Origin: Azolla caroliniana
Taxonomy: Eukaryota > Plantae > Polypodiophyta
DNA: 64,000 nt
NCBI GenBank assembly: GCA_043228905.1
Contig: JBHGNT010000012.1
Coordinates: forward strand, 9,610,001 to 9,674,000
Direction of reading: 5' to 3'
The translations under genes were made by a program, and so were the position numbers. Shown piece after piece: positions 47,046-61,009 of the stretch. Numbering within the stretch: position 1 is the stretch's first letter; each line of letters opens with the position of its first letter. The notes beneath the pieces were generated by a model that did not search any database, was not told where the DNA came from, and worked only from the letters and a program-made list of their open reading frames with translations.

Positions 47046-47127
47046 GTTATCCCTTAGGCTGGACAAGCCCTAACATAGGGTGTCCGTATGGAACACTTCA
47101 TTAAGGATAACACTCACCTTCGTTCCT

Positions 47128-47719
47128 GTAATGATTGAGGAAAGGTTGGTGGAATCATTAAGGATGAAGTGGGAGGATGCTAAGAGGACAAAGCTAGAAT
47201 ACTACATTGCAAATGTCAACCCTGAATGTTGGTCTCAATATAAAGCAAGAATGTCTATTGATCGTATCCAACCTTATCTCATTACCAATATGAGTAGCAA
47301 TGCTCGTAGAGACCTTATACTACTTCACACTCGATCTCACAAGTTAGGTATTGAAGTTGCATCATGGTATCAAAATGTAATGAATTTGAAGACATGTAAA
47401 GTATGAAATGAAGGCATGGTAGAGGATGAATGTCACTTGCTCTTCACATGCTCAACATATAGTGCAATTCATTCAAGATATGTTGGCATATTAAGAGGGA
47501 GTGATAACTTAAGATCCATACTTAAGACACAACCTAGAAGGTTGAGCTCATATGTGTATGCTTTATTAACACATAGCTCAACTTTGTGCTTCAACATATG
47601 AATACCCCTTCTTAGCAAGGAGACATATAACAAGAACACATGTATACTCTGGTCCCATAGGTCAAAATTAGCCTCTTTATGGATGATAAAAATTCTAATT
47701 ATAATTCTAATTATAATTC
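47128..47719 (+). mobile_element. 5'-truncated non-LTR retrotransposon 3' end (RTE-X/L2-like)
   Basis: TKLEYY..PYL..RSHKLGIE..W..CKV*..VEDECHLLFTC..Y C-terminal motif and a tandem tail (attctaattata)n at 47692-47719. Confidence 0.75.
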
Positions 47720-47919
47720 ACCAAAGGGTGGTACGGGGAGATATGGATAGACCGTTGTATCGAATGGGTCTTAACCGGTTACTAACCGGCACTCTTAATT
47801 AGTCGTAACACACGCGTAAGATTAATTATATTAAGCATAGGACGGTAACCAAATAGACACTAAACATATGTAAACAACAACACTCCTATTAATTATCCAT
47901 CGTTGATTACATTCTTGTT

Positions 47920-48678
47920 GGGTCCTTTTATAGGTCTCCGATTGAGTTACAAACAGGTGCCAACCGGCAACTGGCAACACTCCGGTCCAGATCCGAATCG
48001 GCATACCGATTCTCGGTCTGTCCGTCCGCTTCTCATAATACTGATTAATTCTCAAAATAACATAGTACTTATTAATTTCAACTCCCTATCCTAATTAAAT
48101 AGCCCTTTTACATTCTGGACTCTAACCGGCCCTTTTGCCTTGCTGGCCAACACATGGCACGCTCGTGGCAGATGTCGGGTCCTTTTATAGGTCTCCGACT
48201 GAGTTACAAACCGGTGCCAACCGGCACCGGCAACGCTCCGGTCTAGATCCGAATCGGCATACCGATTCTGGGTCCGTCCATCCGCTTCTCACAATACTGA
48301 TTAATTATCAAAATAACATAGTACTTATTAATTTCAACTCCATATCCTAATTAAATAGCCCGTTTACATTCTGGACTCTAACCGGCCCTTTTGCCTTGCC
48401 GGCCAACACATGGCACGCCCGTGGCACATGCCGGGTCCTTTTATAGGTCTCCGACAGAGTTACAAACCGGTGTCAACCGGCAACCGGCAATGCTCCGGTC
48501 CGGATCCGAATCGGCATACCGATTCTGGGTCCGTCCGTTCGCTTCTCATAATACTGATTAATTCTCAAAATAACACAGTACTTATTAATTTCAACACCCT
48601 ATTCCTAATTAAATTGCCCTTTTACATTCTAGATTCTAACTGGCCCTTTTGCCTTGCCGGCCAACACATGGCACGCCT
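47920..48678. repeat. Three tandem ~256-bp repeats at the 3' end of the second gypsy-A-like element
   Basis: gggtccttttataggtctccga at 47920, 48177 and 48433. Confidence 0.9.
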
Positions 48679-48721
48679 GTGGGATAGTACATTGTACGTC
48701 GAACCCACGGTTCACCCCTGA

Positions 48722-51348
48722 TCACTCGTCTGTCAAAATGTCTAGAATGCTTTGGTCCAAGGGTTCTACAGGTTCTTCGGGTAGTTGCTCCGCTTGTTGT
48801 TGTGGCTGTTGTTGTTGTTTCTCTCCGGTCTGCTCCACCTCTCCTGCTTTCATCCCTTTCGGCTCCAGTCCCTTCCAGGCTTCCATCTCCGGCTTATCTG
48901 TTCTAGGCTCCTCTTGCTCCTGTTGTCCGGCTTGCACTTGCTCTTTCGGGTCAGCTACCTTCGTCTGCTCCTCTTGAGCTACTTTTGTCTGGCTTTCTCT
49001 GGTCTCAACTGCATTTGGCGTCTACTCCAGAGATTTCTCTTCATCACTACTCTTAATTGCCATCGTTCTTCTAGGCTCCATTTGCTGTCTCCGCTCCCGT
49101 TCGTAACGCTCCAACAGGAGTTGGGTATCCAGTTGTTCCAGCAGTCGGCCCACCGCCACTAATTGCTCTCCAGCCAAGGATAGGAAGTCATCCGATAACT
49201 CCTCCCGTATGGTCACAACACTTTCCGCGTCAAGTTTGTAGAAGTTATTGCCGTCCTTTTGCCAGTTCTCCGCATCCGCTCGCAAGACCTGTAACTCGGC
49301 TGCCTGCTTTGCCCATTTGGACCACCACTATAATGAACTTTCTTCAACTAACTTCTTCCTTTAATCCCTCCATGTCAGTACAATATCTCGAATACGGTCA
49401 AGTCCCATCTTTGACCTCTCCTCTGCAGCCTTCTTTTCATCCTTTAATTTCTTTATGAGGATTGAGGTTGCCTCAGCTTGCCCCTTATATTGCATCAATT
49501 GCGTCTGATAAGTCATCTGAACTCTGTTCAGAGCCATCTTTGCTCGTTCCATCTCCTCATGATGTTTCCAGATAAGCTCCAATTTGTCCTTCGCCGCTTC
49601 TGCCAGCATCTTTGCCGCTTCGACTCCCTTGATCCTTTCATCCACCAATGTTGTTGCCGTCCTGTGGACTTCATCCCAAAGTTCCCGCATCTTTTCTTGC
49701 TGTCGGTCACCTTCTGCCATCAATTTCTTGTGTTCCGCCTCTAGGTGCTTGTGATCCCAGTGCAACCTGTCAAAATCCTCTGTTTTCTGTTTCAGTCTCT
49801 GATTGATTTGGTGTTGGGACCGGTCCTCATGGTCCTTCATTTGCGGGAGTTCTTCTTGGAGCCACTCGATCTCAACTTCCGCCGATCGCTAGAGTTTGTC
49901 CCTTTCTTGCAACAATTTGTCTTTTTATTTCTTCAATCGGTCATATGCTTGATGACCATTCCGTAGATTTTCCGTTTTCCGTTGCTCTTCCTCCGCTGCC
50001 TTCTTTAGGACTCGTTCTCTAGCCCTTAAGGCCTCTTGGGTTGCCAATTCCTCTCTAAGAGTTGCTAGTGCTTGTTCTTGTGCCTTATTTGCATCTGGTG
50101 CTATTTCAGTTACCAACATCTTATTAGTCTATTCATTCACCGGAGCCACCGATTCTGGTTGTCTTTGTCCTTCTGTCATCTGCTTAGCCGCCTCTGCTTT
50201 AGCGTGCGCAATTTCTTCATCCATGTTGCGGATCCTCCACTGGGCCTTCTCAAGTTCTACGTTTGTGGCGAACAACTGATTCCCCTGTGCTATCTCCTCC
50301 ATTTCTTTTGGGCACACCTCCCCGGCCACCTGCTCGCCGATCCACCATAGCCATTGCCTTTTTGTCGTGCCGGTTCTAGTTGTGGCGTGGCCTCTGTTCT
50401 CCCTGGAAGCCCTCTTTCGATTGTTGACTAAAACAACTCGTGCTCTTGCTGTGCATGCTACCCCGGTGAGGTAGGCAATACAATTACCGGTTCTTGGACC
50501 ACCTGTACTACTGTTTCTTGCCACACAAGTAGTTCTTCCATCGGTTCTGGTTGAACTGGTTCCGCCTCCTTCCTTGGCTCCGGTCCCTCTGAACGGGGTG
50601 TCGCTGAGCTATCCTTCACCGGACCCAATTCGTCCCCCTTCTGCTCTGCGTCACCACACTTCTGACGACGCAGGAGGTTCTCGACGGGGTCTTCCTCCGC
50701 CTCCTCCTCTTGGGTCCTGATATTGATCTTTGTTGCCAAGGGGTCCAACTCTTGTTCTTGTCAATGTAGCTTGATTTTCAGAGGCCTTAGAGGTGGCTCC
50801 ACCAGTGTCTCTGTCTCTGCTTGCCTCTTCTGGCTAGGCGGCTCTTTCCCTTGCTGCGAGGTAATGCCCTCTTTCCATCCAGACGTGTGCTTGGCCAGAA
50901 GTTGCTGCCGTTCTGAAGATTTGTTAGGCGTGGTCTCCGTTACTCGAACCCGCTTCTTAGTCCTTACCGGGTCCACCGGTGGCGCCAAAAGAGTTAGCCA
51001 TTGAGCCACGGCCGTTCATAATTTCTTGCCGTTCTGCACTGATTCTATAGCCTCTCGCAAACAATCGGCGATGATTACCAACCAATCCACTTGCACCCCT
51101 GTGTACGTAGCAATCATGAAACCAGTTTTGTTCTTTGGCATTGCCGGGGGTCGGGGGTACACGAACCCATACTCGTGGTGGACACGAGCCACTTCTCTGA
51201 ACAGGGGGTCCTCGTCGCCCTGATTCCGGTGAGCCACACTAGCGAGGGAATACTCACTAAAAAACTTGGTTAGTGTTTCAGGAGAAGGGTAGGTAGGGCA
51301 GATGTGCTTGTCTATGCTTGTCTGTCCTTCTTGCGTTCGTCTATTCAC
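48722..51348 (-). pseudogene. Extra ORF 3' of pol (globular N-terminus plus long coiled coil), fragmented
   Basis: Seven consecutive same-strand ORF pieces with E/K/Q/R-rich heptads. Confidence 0.6.
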
Positions 51349-53284
51349 TTGCGCTCAGTGCTCTGTGTTCGCGAAATGAAAGAAACTCTGCGAGGCAGAG
51401 GTTTCTTGTTCCCATGCTTGGCGCCTTTCTTGATTCCCGTGCATGCATGTCGTGTACTATAATAGCAACGGTTTTCTTTTTCTTCTTTTTTTTAGTTCCG
51501 GTTACCCGGTAACCCGAGCTCCCTTGTCTTCATGGTTGTTAGGCAGCGGTTTGCCGTTGCCTATGTCCGCATTGTTCTCTGGTTGATGAAACGGGTTCTG
51601 TGGCTTGGGTCCATAATATGGTTCAAGTCGGAACCCATTTACCCACTTGTCCAGCACCTCGCCAGCTAGCATTCCCAACTGATATGAGTTGTTGAACTCT
51701 CGCGTTACCGAATATGGTCCGGTCCACCGGAACCGTAGCCTCCCCGACATCTTTCCCATTCGGGTCTCGAACACTAGTATCGGCTTGCCGATTCCAATCA
51801 TCTTCTTATTACCCTTTCGATGGCGGTCGACAAATGCTTTCCTTCGTCATTGCTCGAGTTCCATCTGCATTAAGCTCGCTAGTCGGTGTCCCTCCAGCTC
51901 ACATAGTGCTGCTAACCGGATTTTCCCAAGTCCGAAAATTATGTACCTATTCCGGATTCGCATTGCCGGTGGCTTGAAGGGTCCAACGAAGTCCAGGCCC
52001 CATTTCTGGAATGGCTCTAGAGGTAGTACCGACTGGTGCAACATGCACGCTTGTTCCGTTGGCTGGCCCATTCTTTGACACATATCACATTCCTTCGTAT
52101 ATTGAACCGAGTCCTTTAGTGTCATTGGCCACCATAAGCCACTTCGCCATATTTTTCTTGTCGTAGCTTCACCGACATAACTTGCGGCCGAACAAATATG
52201 TTGGTATTTGGCTCTCCAGATTCTAACTGGCACAAGTAATTGGCAACCCCATGTTTCATACCCGGCCGGTGATAGATCTCAAATTCAAATTCATGTAATA
52301 ATAATGTCCACCGGGCCAGCTTGCCAGTGAGTGATGCCTTCGAGACCAAGTATAAAAGCATTGAATGGTCTACATGGAATGAACAAATAATGTCGGTATT
52401 TGGAGACACTATATATCATTCCTACGGCTTCTCTTTCCGGAGTGCAATAATTCTGATCCGCCTTTGAAAGCTTTCGACTACCGTAGTACACTGGCCAGTA
52501 CCATATTGGTTCGGTAAGTTGCATGAGTACGCTGCCGATTGCGATATCTGACGCGTCCACGAAGACATCGAACTCTTTTGACTAGTTCAGGGGTTGTACC
52601 ACTGGTGCTTGTGATAGCATTACCTTGAGTGCGCGGTAAGCCTTGTCCTCTTCATCCGTCCAAGTAAATGGTATCCGGTGTACAATTGCGTGTAGTGTCG
52701 TGGTGAGGTCTGCCATGTACTGGAGAATCCGGCTATGCCACCGGATCTGTCCTAAGAACCGGCTTAAAGCCTTGGCGGTCGTTTGTGCTAGCGCCTGCAA
52801 AATAGCCTTGACCTTATTCGGGTCCATGGCAATCCCTTCCTTGCTAACAATATGACCCAACAATGTGCCGCTGGTCACACCGAAGACACACTTTGCCGGG
52901 TTTAAGCTTAACCGGTATCCTTTGCACTTTTCCAAGCATAACCTAAGATGGTCGAGGTGTTCCCCTTTCCGACTGTATACCGTGAATTCATCTAGGAATA
53001 CCTACATAAACGCCGGTATGAATTCTCCAAATACTTCCATAATAATCCTCTAAAAGGTTGTCAGCGCCGTCTTGAGTCCGAACATCATTACAACTTCTAC
53101 AAAGACTCCCCATTCTGTCACGAACGCCATGTTTTCTTGATCGTCCGGGTGCATCCTTATTTGGTTATATCCGCTAAAACCATCAGGAAAGCTATAAACC
53201 TCGTGCCTAGTCACCGCATCTAAAAGTCCATCCGTAAACGGAAGCGGAAATACATCGGTAACTGTTGCTGCGTTTAATATCCGG

Positions 53285-53370
53285 TGTCATGCCTTTCGGC
53301 TCCGGTGTCGCGAAGTTTCGCGGACGTGTGTTACTTGGGCGGGACCACGGGGGTCTTCGACTAGGGAGTA
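53285..53370 (-). repeat. 3' end of an LTR related to gypsy B, truncated
   Basis: Reverse complement reads ctagtcgaagacccccgtggtccc...ccggagccgaaaggcatgaca, versus the gypsy B LTR end ctagtccaagacctctgtggttccc...ccggagccgaaaggcacgaca. Confidence 0.75.
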
Positions 53371-53652
53371 CTCAAGGGATGGGTCGAAGCATGCTACGGT
53401 GTACCAACTTTTGGCCAAAAATTTAGTACTAAATCGAAGAAGAAAATAAACATTAAAAATTGTAAATAAGTTTCAAAAAACAAAAAACAAATTCATTACG
53501 TCACACTCGAATGCACAAAGATATTGTACGTCACACTCGAAATGTCCCTAGGCCATATTTAATACATTAATTGTTGCCCCAGTCTCCTAGGTAGAGTTGT
53601 ACAAAGCACACCTGGAGAAGGTATCCATTGTGACAGTTGGTCAGTCTCAGTA

Positions 53653-53719
53653 TCTCTCTCTCTCTCTCTCTCTGGTATGGGTAGTCGAACGTGTCAATTG
53701 GTATGTCTCTCTCTCTCAC

Positions 53720-53770
<51 letters not shown>
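53653..53770 (+). repeat. (CT)n microsatellites upstream of the RING gene
   Basis: Long ctctct runs, typical of plant 5' UTR/promoter regions. Confidence 0.85.
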
Positions 53771-53771
<1 letters not shown>

Positions 53772-54758
53772 GTCTCGAAGTTGTCAGACAGACAGTGGCA
53801 GAAAGTTAAAGAAAGACGACATATCTATTACAGGTCTATCTCTCTGTTTCTTTCTTTCACTCCACCTTCGATTCTTTCTGTTTTTTTCTTTCAAAGCTCT
53901 GTTTCTTTCTTTCTTTCTGTTTCTCTCTCTCACTCCACCTTCGATTCTCTGTTTCCCCGCGTAGCTGTTCTTGTGTTCCCCTCTGTGCCAGGTTCGATCT
54001 CTGAACGCAGAGATTTTTGTTTCCCCTGCTCGTTGTATGTGTTGTTGATTTTCCTTCCTTGTGTATGCTCGTTTGTTTCCTCTGTCTATGCTCGTTTGTC
54101 TCCTCTGCAGCAGCCTCGTTTGTCGAAATCAACACGGTCTGGTACCTCTGCAAGTTGTACAACCTCCAGGTATTCTCTGTGTTGCATGCCCAACTGGTAT
54201 GTTTTCTTTTTCTGAATGTTTCCTGTCTGTCTGTTTTTTATTTGCATGTGTATGGTCATTTTTAGGGTTTGATTATTCATAGTCTATGTGTTGCATGCCC
54301 AACTGGTATGTTTTTGTTTTCTCTGTGTTTCTCTGTGTTTCTTTTAAAAATGTATGAAAATATTTTGATCGAGGTGGTTGTGTGTTAGACATGTTTGTAC
54401 ATGCAACGTAAATGGAGTTGGCTATGATGAGTTGCTATGTTTTCGTTTTGTTCTTGTTTCTTGTCCATCTGTTTTATTTTGTGTGAGTTTGACATGGATG
54501 AGTGTTTTTCCGACTATTTTGGGTTTTTGTGTGTTTGACATGGCTTGTACATGCGATGTGATGGAGTTGGCTATGATGATTTACAATGTTTTCGTTTTCT
54601 TTGACTTTCCTATCCGTCTGTTTTTATTGTCTGTGTGTTTGACATGGATGAGTTTTTTTCCGACTATTTAGGGTTATTGTGTGTTTGACATGGTTTGTAC
54701 ATGCAATGAGATGATTTGCTATGTGTTGATGGTAATTGCTTGAGTTTTCTTCTAGTAC

Positions 54759-57700
54759 ATGCATATTCATTCCCTGAGAATTGTGTTGACTAGGACAATG
54801 ACGAGAAGGACACCCATAAAGAAGACATTGATGAAAGAGAAAGTGAAGACACCAGTGAAGGAAGGAAGAAGGACACCCATGAAAGAAAGCAAGAAGACAC
54901 CCACAAGAGAAAGGGTGATGAATTCATCAACACAGAGAAAGAAGATGTACCACTCCATCAGTCGAGACACACCTCTTGGATGGAATTATTTCCTTCGAGC
55001 ACGACCTGACGTGTATCTAGAGCTGAGAGAGTGGTTGTTAAAAACCTGGGGGTCAGCACATCCCGACACAAGGCGAGGATTCCACATAAGTGGTTTGAAG
55101 AGGGAATACATGAATTTATTGAAGACGAGATACGAACATGTTTATGATACAAATCAAATCACTAACAATGAGGTGGGTACTGTTTTTGCACGTGCTTTTG
55201 CATGTGAAGTTCAAGGTGGCATTGACGTAAATTGGGAAGATTTTAATCGGCACCGGTCAGAACATTACAAAGGGTCCTCCAGTACCAACACTGGCTTGAA
55301 GTCATCTGGAACCTCTCATGTGGATATTCTAGCTATAACACCTATCCACCAAGTTCTAGAGGCAAAGGTACGGGCCACAATGACTGAAAAGCATGAACAG
55401 ATGATGGCCGGTTGCATAGCTTCTATGAGCTCAAGAATACAAACACTACTTGCTGATTTGGAAGCAGTTAAATCAGCTGAGATACAGGCAGAAAAGAAAT
55501 TTTCTTCAATAAAAACTACATATGAATGGATTGCATCGACAATCCAAAATTCAGAAAGTGATGTGTTGAAAGAGGAGTTGAAGAAAGAGCTAAACAATAT
55601 GGGCACTCAATTAGGTTCACAGATGAGAGACCTTGATACTTGCAGGAATGCACATGAAGAAATAGATAATAAGTTGTCAGCCTTAAAGTTGCATTCTGAG
55701 AACCTTGCATGCTTGATGCAGGATTTAAAACAAAATGGTTTTGATACTTTGTGTCCATCTGTAATTGAGCACCCAAGTGGTATAGAAAGTACCATTATTA
55801 GTATAGCTATATCACGGTATTGGCTTTAAAAGTTATTTATTTCTACTTCTTTGGTATAAATAAGTGAGCAACTAATATATTATAACTTGTGTTTGCAATC
55901 TTCCAGGTGTATATTTTGTGGCCTCGGATTCAAGCTGGAGGCTATGGATGTTGTGATTACACCATGCTTGCACACATATCATGTGCTATGTGCTAAGTAT
56001 CATTTTGAGAAAGAGAATACATGTATGGACTGTAAAACTACAATTGCGGCTGAGTGGTACTATGCTTGGGGTTTAAAAGTACACCCGTACGGTATGTGGC
56101 TCTACTATTCTATTGTTTGTATTATATGATGTCAATTAACATTTGGACTAGAACTAGTGTATGCCACAATTCATACTTCAAATTTAGTGTAATCTCTAAC
56201 AACTATTATGTGGAACCCTAATTATGTGGGTTAGTATTGGCAGTACTCTTAATATATAATTGGTATGTGTAGTTGAAGGGATATTTTCCACAATTAGTAG
56301 TACTAAAAGGAACCAGGTACAACATCGTCCAATCTATATTGCAACTTGCCTAGTATTAGTTTAGTAAACACTATACTTATAGTACACTGTTGACTGTTAA
56401 GATTGTTTGTGTAACTTGGGAATTAGTACTAGTAATGTAATTTGGGAACAAGGTGTATAGTAAATTGTTGAATAATAGTACAATTATTGTAATTTGGAAA
56501 TGAGGTGTGTCAAACACATATCACGTTTAGTACTAATACTGTTCAAGATTAATACTGTTGGTGTAATTAGTACAAGTTATGTAACTAGGTGTGTAGAAGA
56601 CATATCATGTTTAGTATTACTTGTGTGCAAAATACCAATCTACATTTGTTGGATTAGTACTTAGTAAGTACTACATGGTTCATGATTAGTACTAGTTCTG
56701 TACTTTGTGAACTAAGTTACTAGTACATTGCTCATGATTAATACTAGTTTTGTAATTTGGGAACTGAGTAGTACTTTGTTCCTTATTAGTACTAGTTTTG
56801 TACCTTATTAGTACTAGATCAGTAATCTAGAAAATAAGTGAGTAGTACATTTTGTAGGATTAGTACTAATTGTGTAATTTGACTAAGTCAGTGGTACATT
56901 GTTGAGTAGTACATTGTTTAGGATTAGTACTAATTGTGTAATTTGACTAAGTCAGTGGTACATTGTTCGGGATTAGTACTCCTTGTGTAATTTGCTAACT
57001 AAGTGAGTAGTATATTGTGCATGATTAGTACTACTTGTGTAAATTGGGAACTAAGTGAGCAGTACATTGTTCGGGATTAGTACTCCTTGTGTAATTTGGT
57101 AACTAAGTGAGTAGTATATTGTGCATGATTAGTATTACTTGTGTAAATTGGGAACTAAGTGAGCAGTACATTGTTCGGGATTAGTACTCCTTGTGTAATT
57201 TGCTAACTAAGTGAGTAGTATATTGTGCATGATTAGTACTACTTGTGTAAATTGGGAACTAAGTGAGCAGTACATTGTTCGGGATTAGTACTCCTTGTGT
57301 AATTTGCTAACTAAGTGAGCAGTATATTGTGCATGATTAGTACTACTTGTGTAAATTGGGAAGTAAGTGAGCATTACGTTGTTCGGGATTAGTACTCCTT
57401 GTGTAATTTGCTAACTAAGTGAGTAGTATATTGTGCATGATTAGTACTACTTGTGTAAATTGGGAACTAAGTGAGCTACTACATTGTTCGGGATTAGTAC
57501 TAGTTCAGTGATTTAGGAAATAAGTGAGTAGTACATTGTTCAAGATTAGTACTACTTATTAATTTGACTTAGTCAGTGGTACATTTTTCGGGATTAGTAC
57601 TTGTGTAATTTGGTAACTAAGTGAGTAGTATATTGTGCATGATTAGTACTACTTGTGTAAATTGGGAACTAAGTGAGCTACTACATTGTTCGGGATTAGT

Positions 57701-59895
57701 ACTAGTTCAGTGATTTAGGAAATAAGTGAGTAGTACATTGTTCAAGATTAGTACTACTTATTAATTTGACTTAGTCAGTGGTACATTTTTCGGGATTAGT
57801 ACTTGTGTAATTTGGTAACTAAGTGAGTAGTATATTGTGCATGATTAGTACTACTTGTGTATATTGTGCATGATTAGTACTACTTGTGTATATTGTGCAT
57901 GATTAGTACTAATCGTGTAAATTGGGAACTAAGTGAGCAGTACAGTGTTCCTTATTAGTACTAGTTCAATAATTTAGGAACTATGTGAGTAGTACATTGT
58001 TCATGACTGGTACATTGTGTAAAATGGGAAGCAGCTCTTGTGACCTACATTATATATTTTAGATGATGGTACTAACATTCAAGGTTTTTTTGTTTCTTGC
58101 AATGAATGTTGTAGTGTCAAGCAACTCCACGCCAGGGAAGGTAATGGAACAACCAGCCCCTGTGCCTAAACCCTCAATATCTGCTGCACATTCCAAGGTT
58201 CAGGGACCATCATTACCAATAACCTATGATTTTTATGATGAGGATGAATGTATGAGAAGGGCCATTGGAGCAGTGGAACATATGCTTCTACAAACAAATT
58301 CCCCAAGCTCCGGTCAACATCAAGAAATAGAGCCCACTAAGAAGAGAAATGCAGTTTCTTTACAAATAGAGCCCATTAAGAAGAGAAATGCTGCAAGAAT
58401 ATTGTATGGAAACGGCAAGAAAGGCAAAGTTGAATGCAATGGTGAGTCATATAAGTTCTCACCTGTCTGGAGCATTGTCAACCTAATCCATTGTCTAATA
58501 CCATGTACTTGTGTTACTAGCTGATGATGAAATGATATTTGGTGACGGAGATACGAGTCCAAAACCTGATCATGAAGACGAATTTATCACACTCCCAGGT
58601 ACACGTCAAAAGCCAGACTTTGAAAACAATGATTTAGCTCATAACAACCCTATTCTTGTTGTTATTATAGATCATAACAACACTGTTGAGCACCTAGATG
58701 TTGTGGAGAAGATGACCGAGCCCACCACTTGCAATGGGGTATCTACGGCTGTACAGTATGACGATGTAACATTAGGTAAAAATGTGGCCCTAAACCCTAT
58801 GTTCATTGTTTGCAAACTTTTGAGTATGTGAGTTCATACCAATATTCTTTGGAATCCCATTAATTAGGTTTACAAGAGCAGTCTGATTCCCAACTGCAAT
58901 CAAATGAATCGGGAACTTCATGGAGCACAAGTGCAGAATCAGATTCCCATCAGAGTCAGAATCAAATTAACCTTTGCAAGGAGGCAGACTCTAGAAGCAC
59001 ATCTTCCACACATGAGGATTGTGAGAAAAACGAAGCATTCATATGTGAAGAGCAGCTGGCATGTACAAACAACACTATGTCTAAAGAAGCCTATGAGTGT
59101 GGAAAGAATATGGCAAGTACTGAAGAGAAGATTGAAGCCCATGAAGAGTGTGGAAAGAATATGGCAAGTACTGAAGAGAAGACTGATTGTACTGATAATG
59201 TGGCAAGTGCTGAAGAGAAGACTGATTGTACTGATAATGTGCTAGTACTATCTAAAGATTCCCATGAGGATCATGGAAAGAACATTGCTAGTAATGAAGA
59301 GGAGCTTGATTGTATTGAGAATGTGCTAGTAGTGTCTTGTGAAGCCCATGAGGATCGTGGAAAGAACATCGCTTTCCCTGAAGATAAGCCTGATTGTACA
59401 GAATCCCATGAGGAGTGTAGAGTGAACAACGTTACTAATGAAGGTGGGCCTGATTGTACTCAGAGCGAACAACGTTGTCTTAAGAATGAGGTGACATCCA
59501 TCGTACAAGAGGAGTTGACCATGACTACTGCCACGGTCCACATACAGGAGTCTAATAAGAACGAGTGTATAGGCATCGGTGATGATGATAGGGCAATAAA
59601 GATCGCTAGGAGTACAAGCATTCAGGAGATGAGTGATAATTTGTCTATCGACAGCACCTTTGTGGATTTGTGTACAAGCATTGCAATTGCAGAAAACAAA
59701 GTTGCTCTCTCAAGCTTGCCACCAGTACAAGGTGCCCGCGCATCCACGCCTGTCTCTGATGCCTCTGATGATGAAGTGCCACTTAGTCAGCTCATACCTA
59801 AAGGCTTTAAGATAAAGAAGAATGTAAAATCAGAAAAATCTGGCACCAACAACAAGCGCATTACAAGATCGGCCAAGTTACCCTCTAGTGCCTGA
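54759..59895 (+). CDS. Spliced coiled-coil / RING-H2 / acidic-repeat protein (exons ~54759-55816, 55907-56091, 58115-58441, 58521-58775, 58868-59895)
   Basis: All four GT-AG introns are phase-compatible. RING-H2 CIFC..CLHTYHVLC..CMDC. Basic TPxK repeats at the N-terminus, acidic Cys-containing repeats and a basic tail at the C-terminus. Confidence 0.75.
56600..58020 (+). repeat. Intronic satellite, 52-bp monomer / 104-bp dimer, TAGTAC-rich
   Basis: gattagtact(c/a)cttgtgtaa..aactaagtgag(t/c)agta(t/c)attgt repeats; 56971 to 57075 is 104 bp. Confidence 0.92.
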
Positions 59896-61009
59896 TTGTC
59901 TTTCGATTGTACTTGAACTTTAGTTGTTAGTGATGTCTGAAATTGAACTATTTGGATACCAAAATACTGTTTCAATTGCCAATGTAAAAAATCCAGTTCA
60001 TGAATCTGAAATAGTTATACCAGTGTGAAATCAAGTTCATGTTTAAGGATTGCTTCTATATTTTGCTCATCAACATATATCAAAAACAATGGGAATATAC
60101 TTTTTGATCTAAGTATTCTTATTTTACAACGTTTTGTTTCTTTTTTGAGATCATCTCCTAATCCTCGCAAAGTCTTTCAGTCTATTGTAGATAAAATGCT
60201 TGAAAGTCTTCTTAGTTTGCTAGGAAAATTTAGGTTTTTAGGTGTTGATGATGAGAAACAGAAAATATCGGGTATCGGGTGTTATTGAAGATATCCTGAA
60301 GTATAGACTGTTTCATCAATCCCATTTGGACGGTAACCAGAATGTGTGCAAATTGTTGAAGCAATGTGGGCCATATTTTGATGATATCATCCCAAAGGAT
60401 GAATCATCCACTAACAGTAGTAAGGAAACACTTACCTTTTTGAGCTATCACAAATTATTGTTTCAGAAGTTGGATTATTTTGTTAAGGAAAGGAAGGTTT
60501 GTACTTTAAAATCCATAGCCTGGATATTCAGGACTTATATACAAGAAGTAAAAACTCAGATGGCTTCACAGGACATATCATGAAACAAAAAAGGATTCTG
60601 AGAGAATAATTTTCATTGTTGTCTTCACAGAATTCATCGCCCCCTTTGAAAAATGAACTTACAGTAGAAAATCTTACAATATTAAAGTCTTTAATGAATT
60701 CAACTAACAATCTTCTCTTGGTAGCAAAAGAAGAGCAGATTTATGTGCCAACAGAGGACACACCAACTCTGCAAAACTCCTATGCTCAAATAACATCAGG
60801 AAACATGAGCAATATCGGCAATGAAGAAATCCAAGTCCTGTTGATAACAACTAATATATTATGAAAGATAAGTACAAGTGGTTGAGAGGCATAAACCCTT
60901 TGGAAGAAAGACGAAATATATCAATTCATTTGTCAATCATCAAAATTAATAGTGAACTCCAAGTGGATGTTTTTCAGTTTTCTAGTACAATGTATTGATA
61001 GGGTGACTT

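Larger units (their letters stand above)
47720..53284 (-). mobile_element. Degenerate gypsy family A relative: RT-RH-IN plus an extra downstream ORF; 5' part removed
   Basis: 52200-53284 is homologous to about 820-1865. Integrase GPY remnant at 51502-52233; broken coiled-coil ORF at 48722-51348. Left boundary uncertain. Confidence 0.8.

Noticed and set aside
47720-48700. 3' LTR of the second gypsy-A-like element
   Set aside because: No clear TG..CA pair, PPT or partner LTR could be identified in the window. Reported only as tandem repeats.
53597-54671. ORFs rich in SLSLSL and Cys/Val/Phe upstream of the RING gene
   Set aside because: These are translations of (CT)n microsatellite and T/G-rich UTR or intron sequence.
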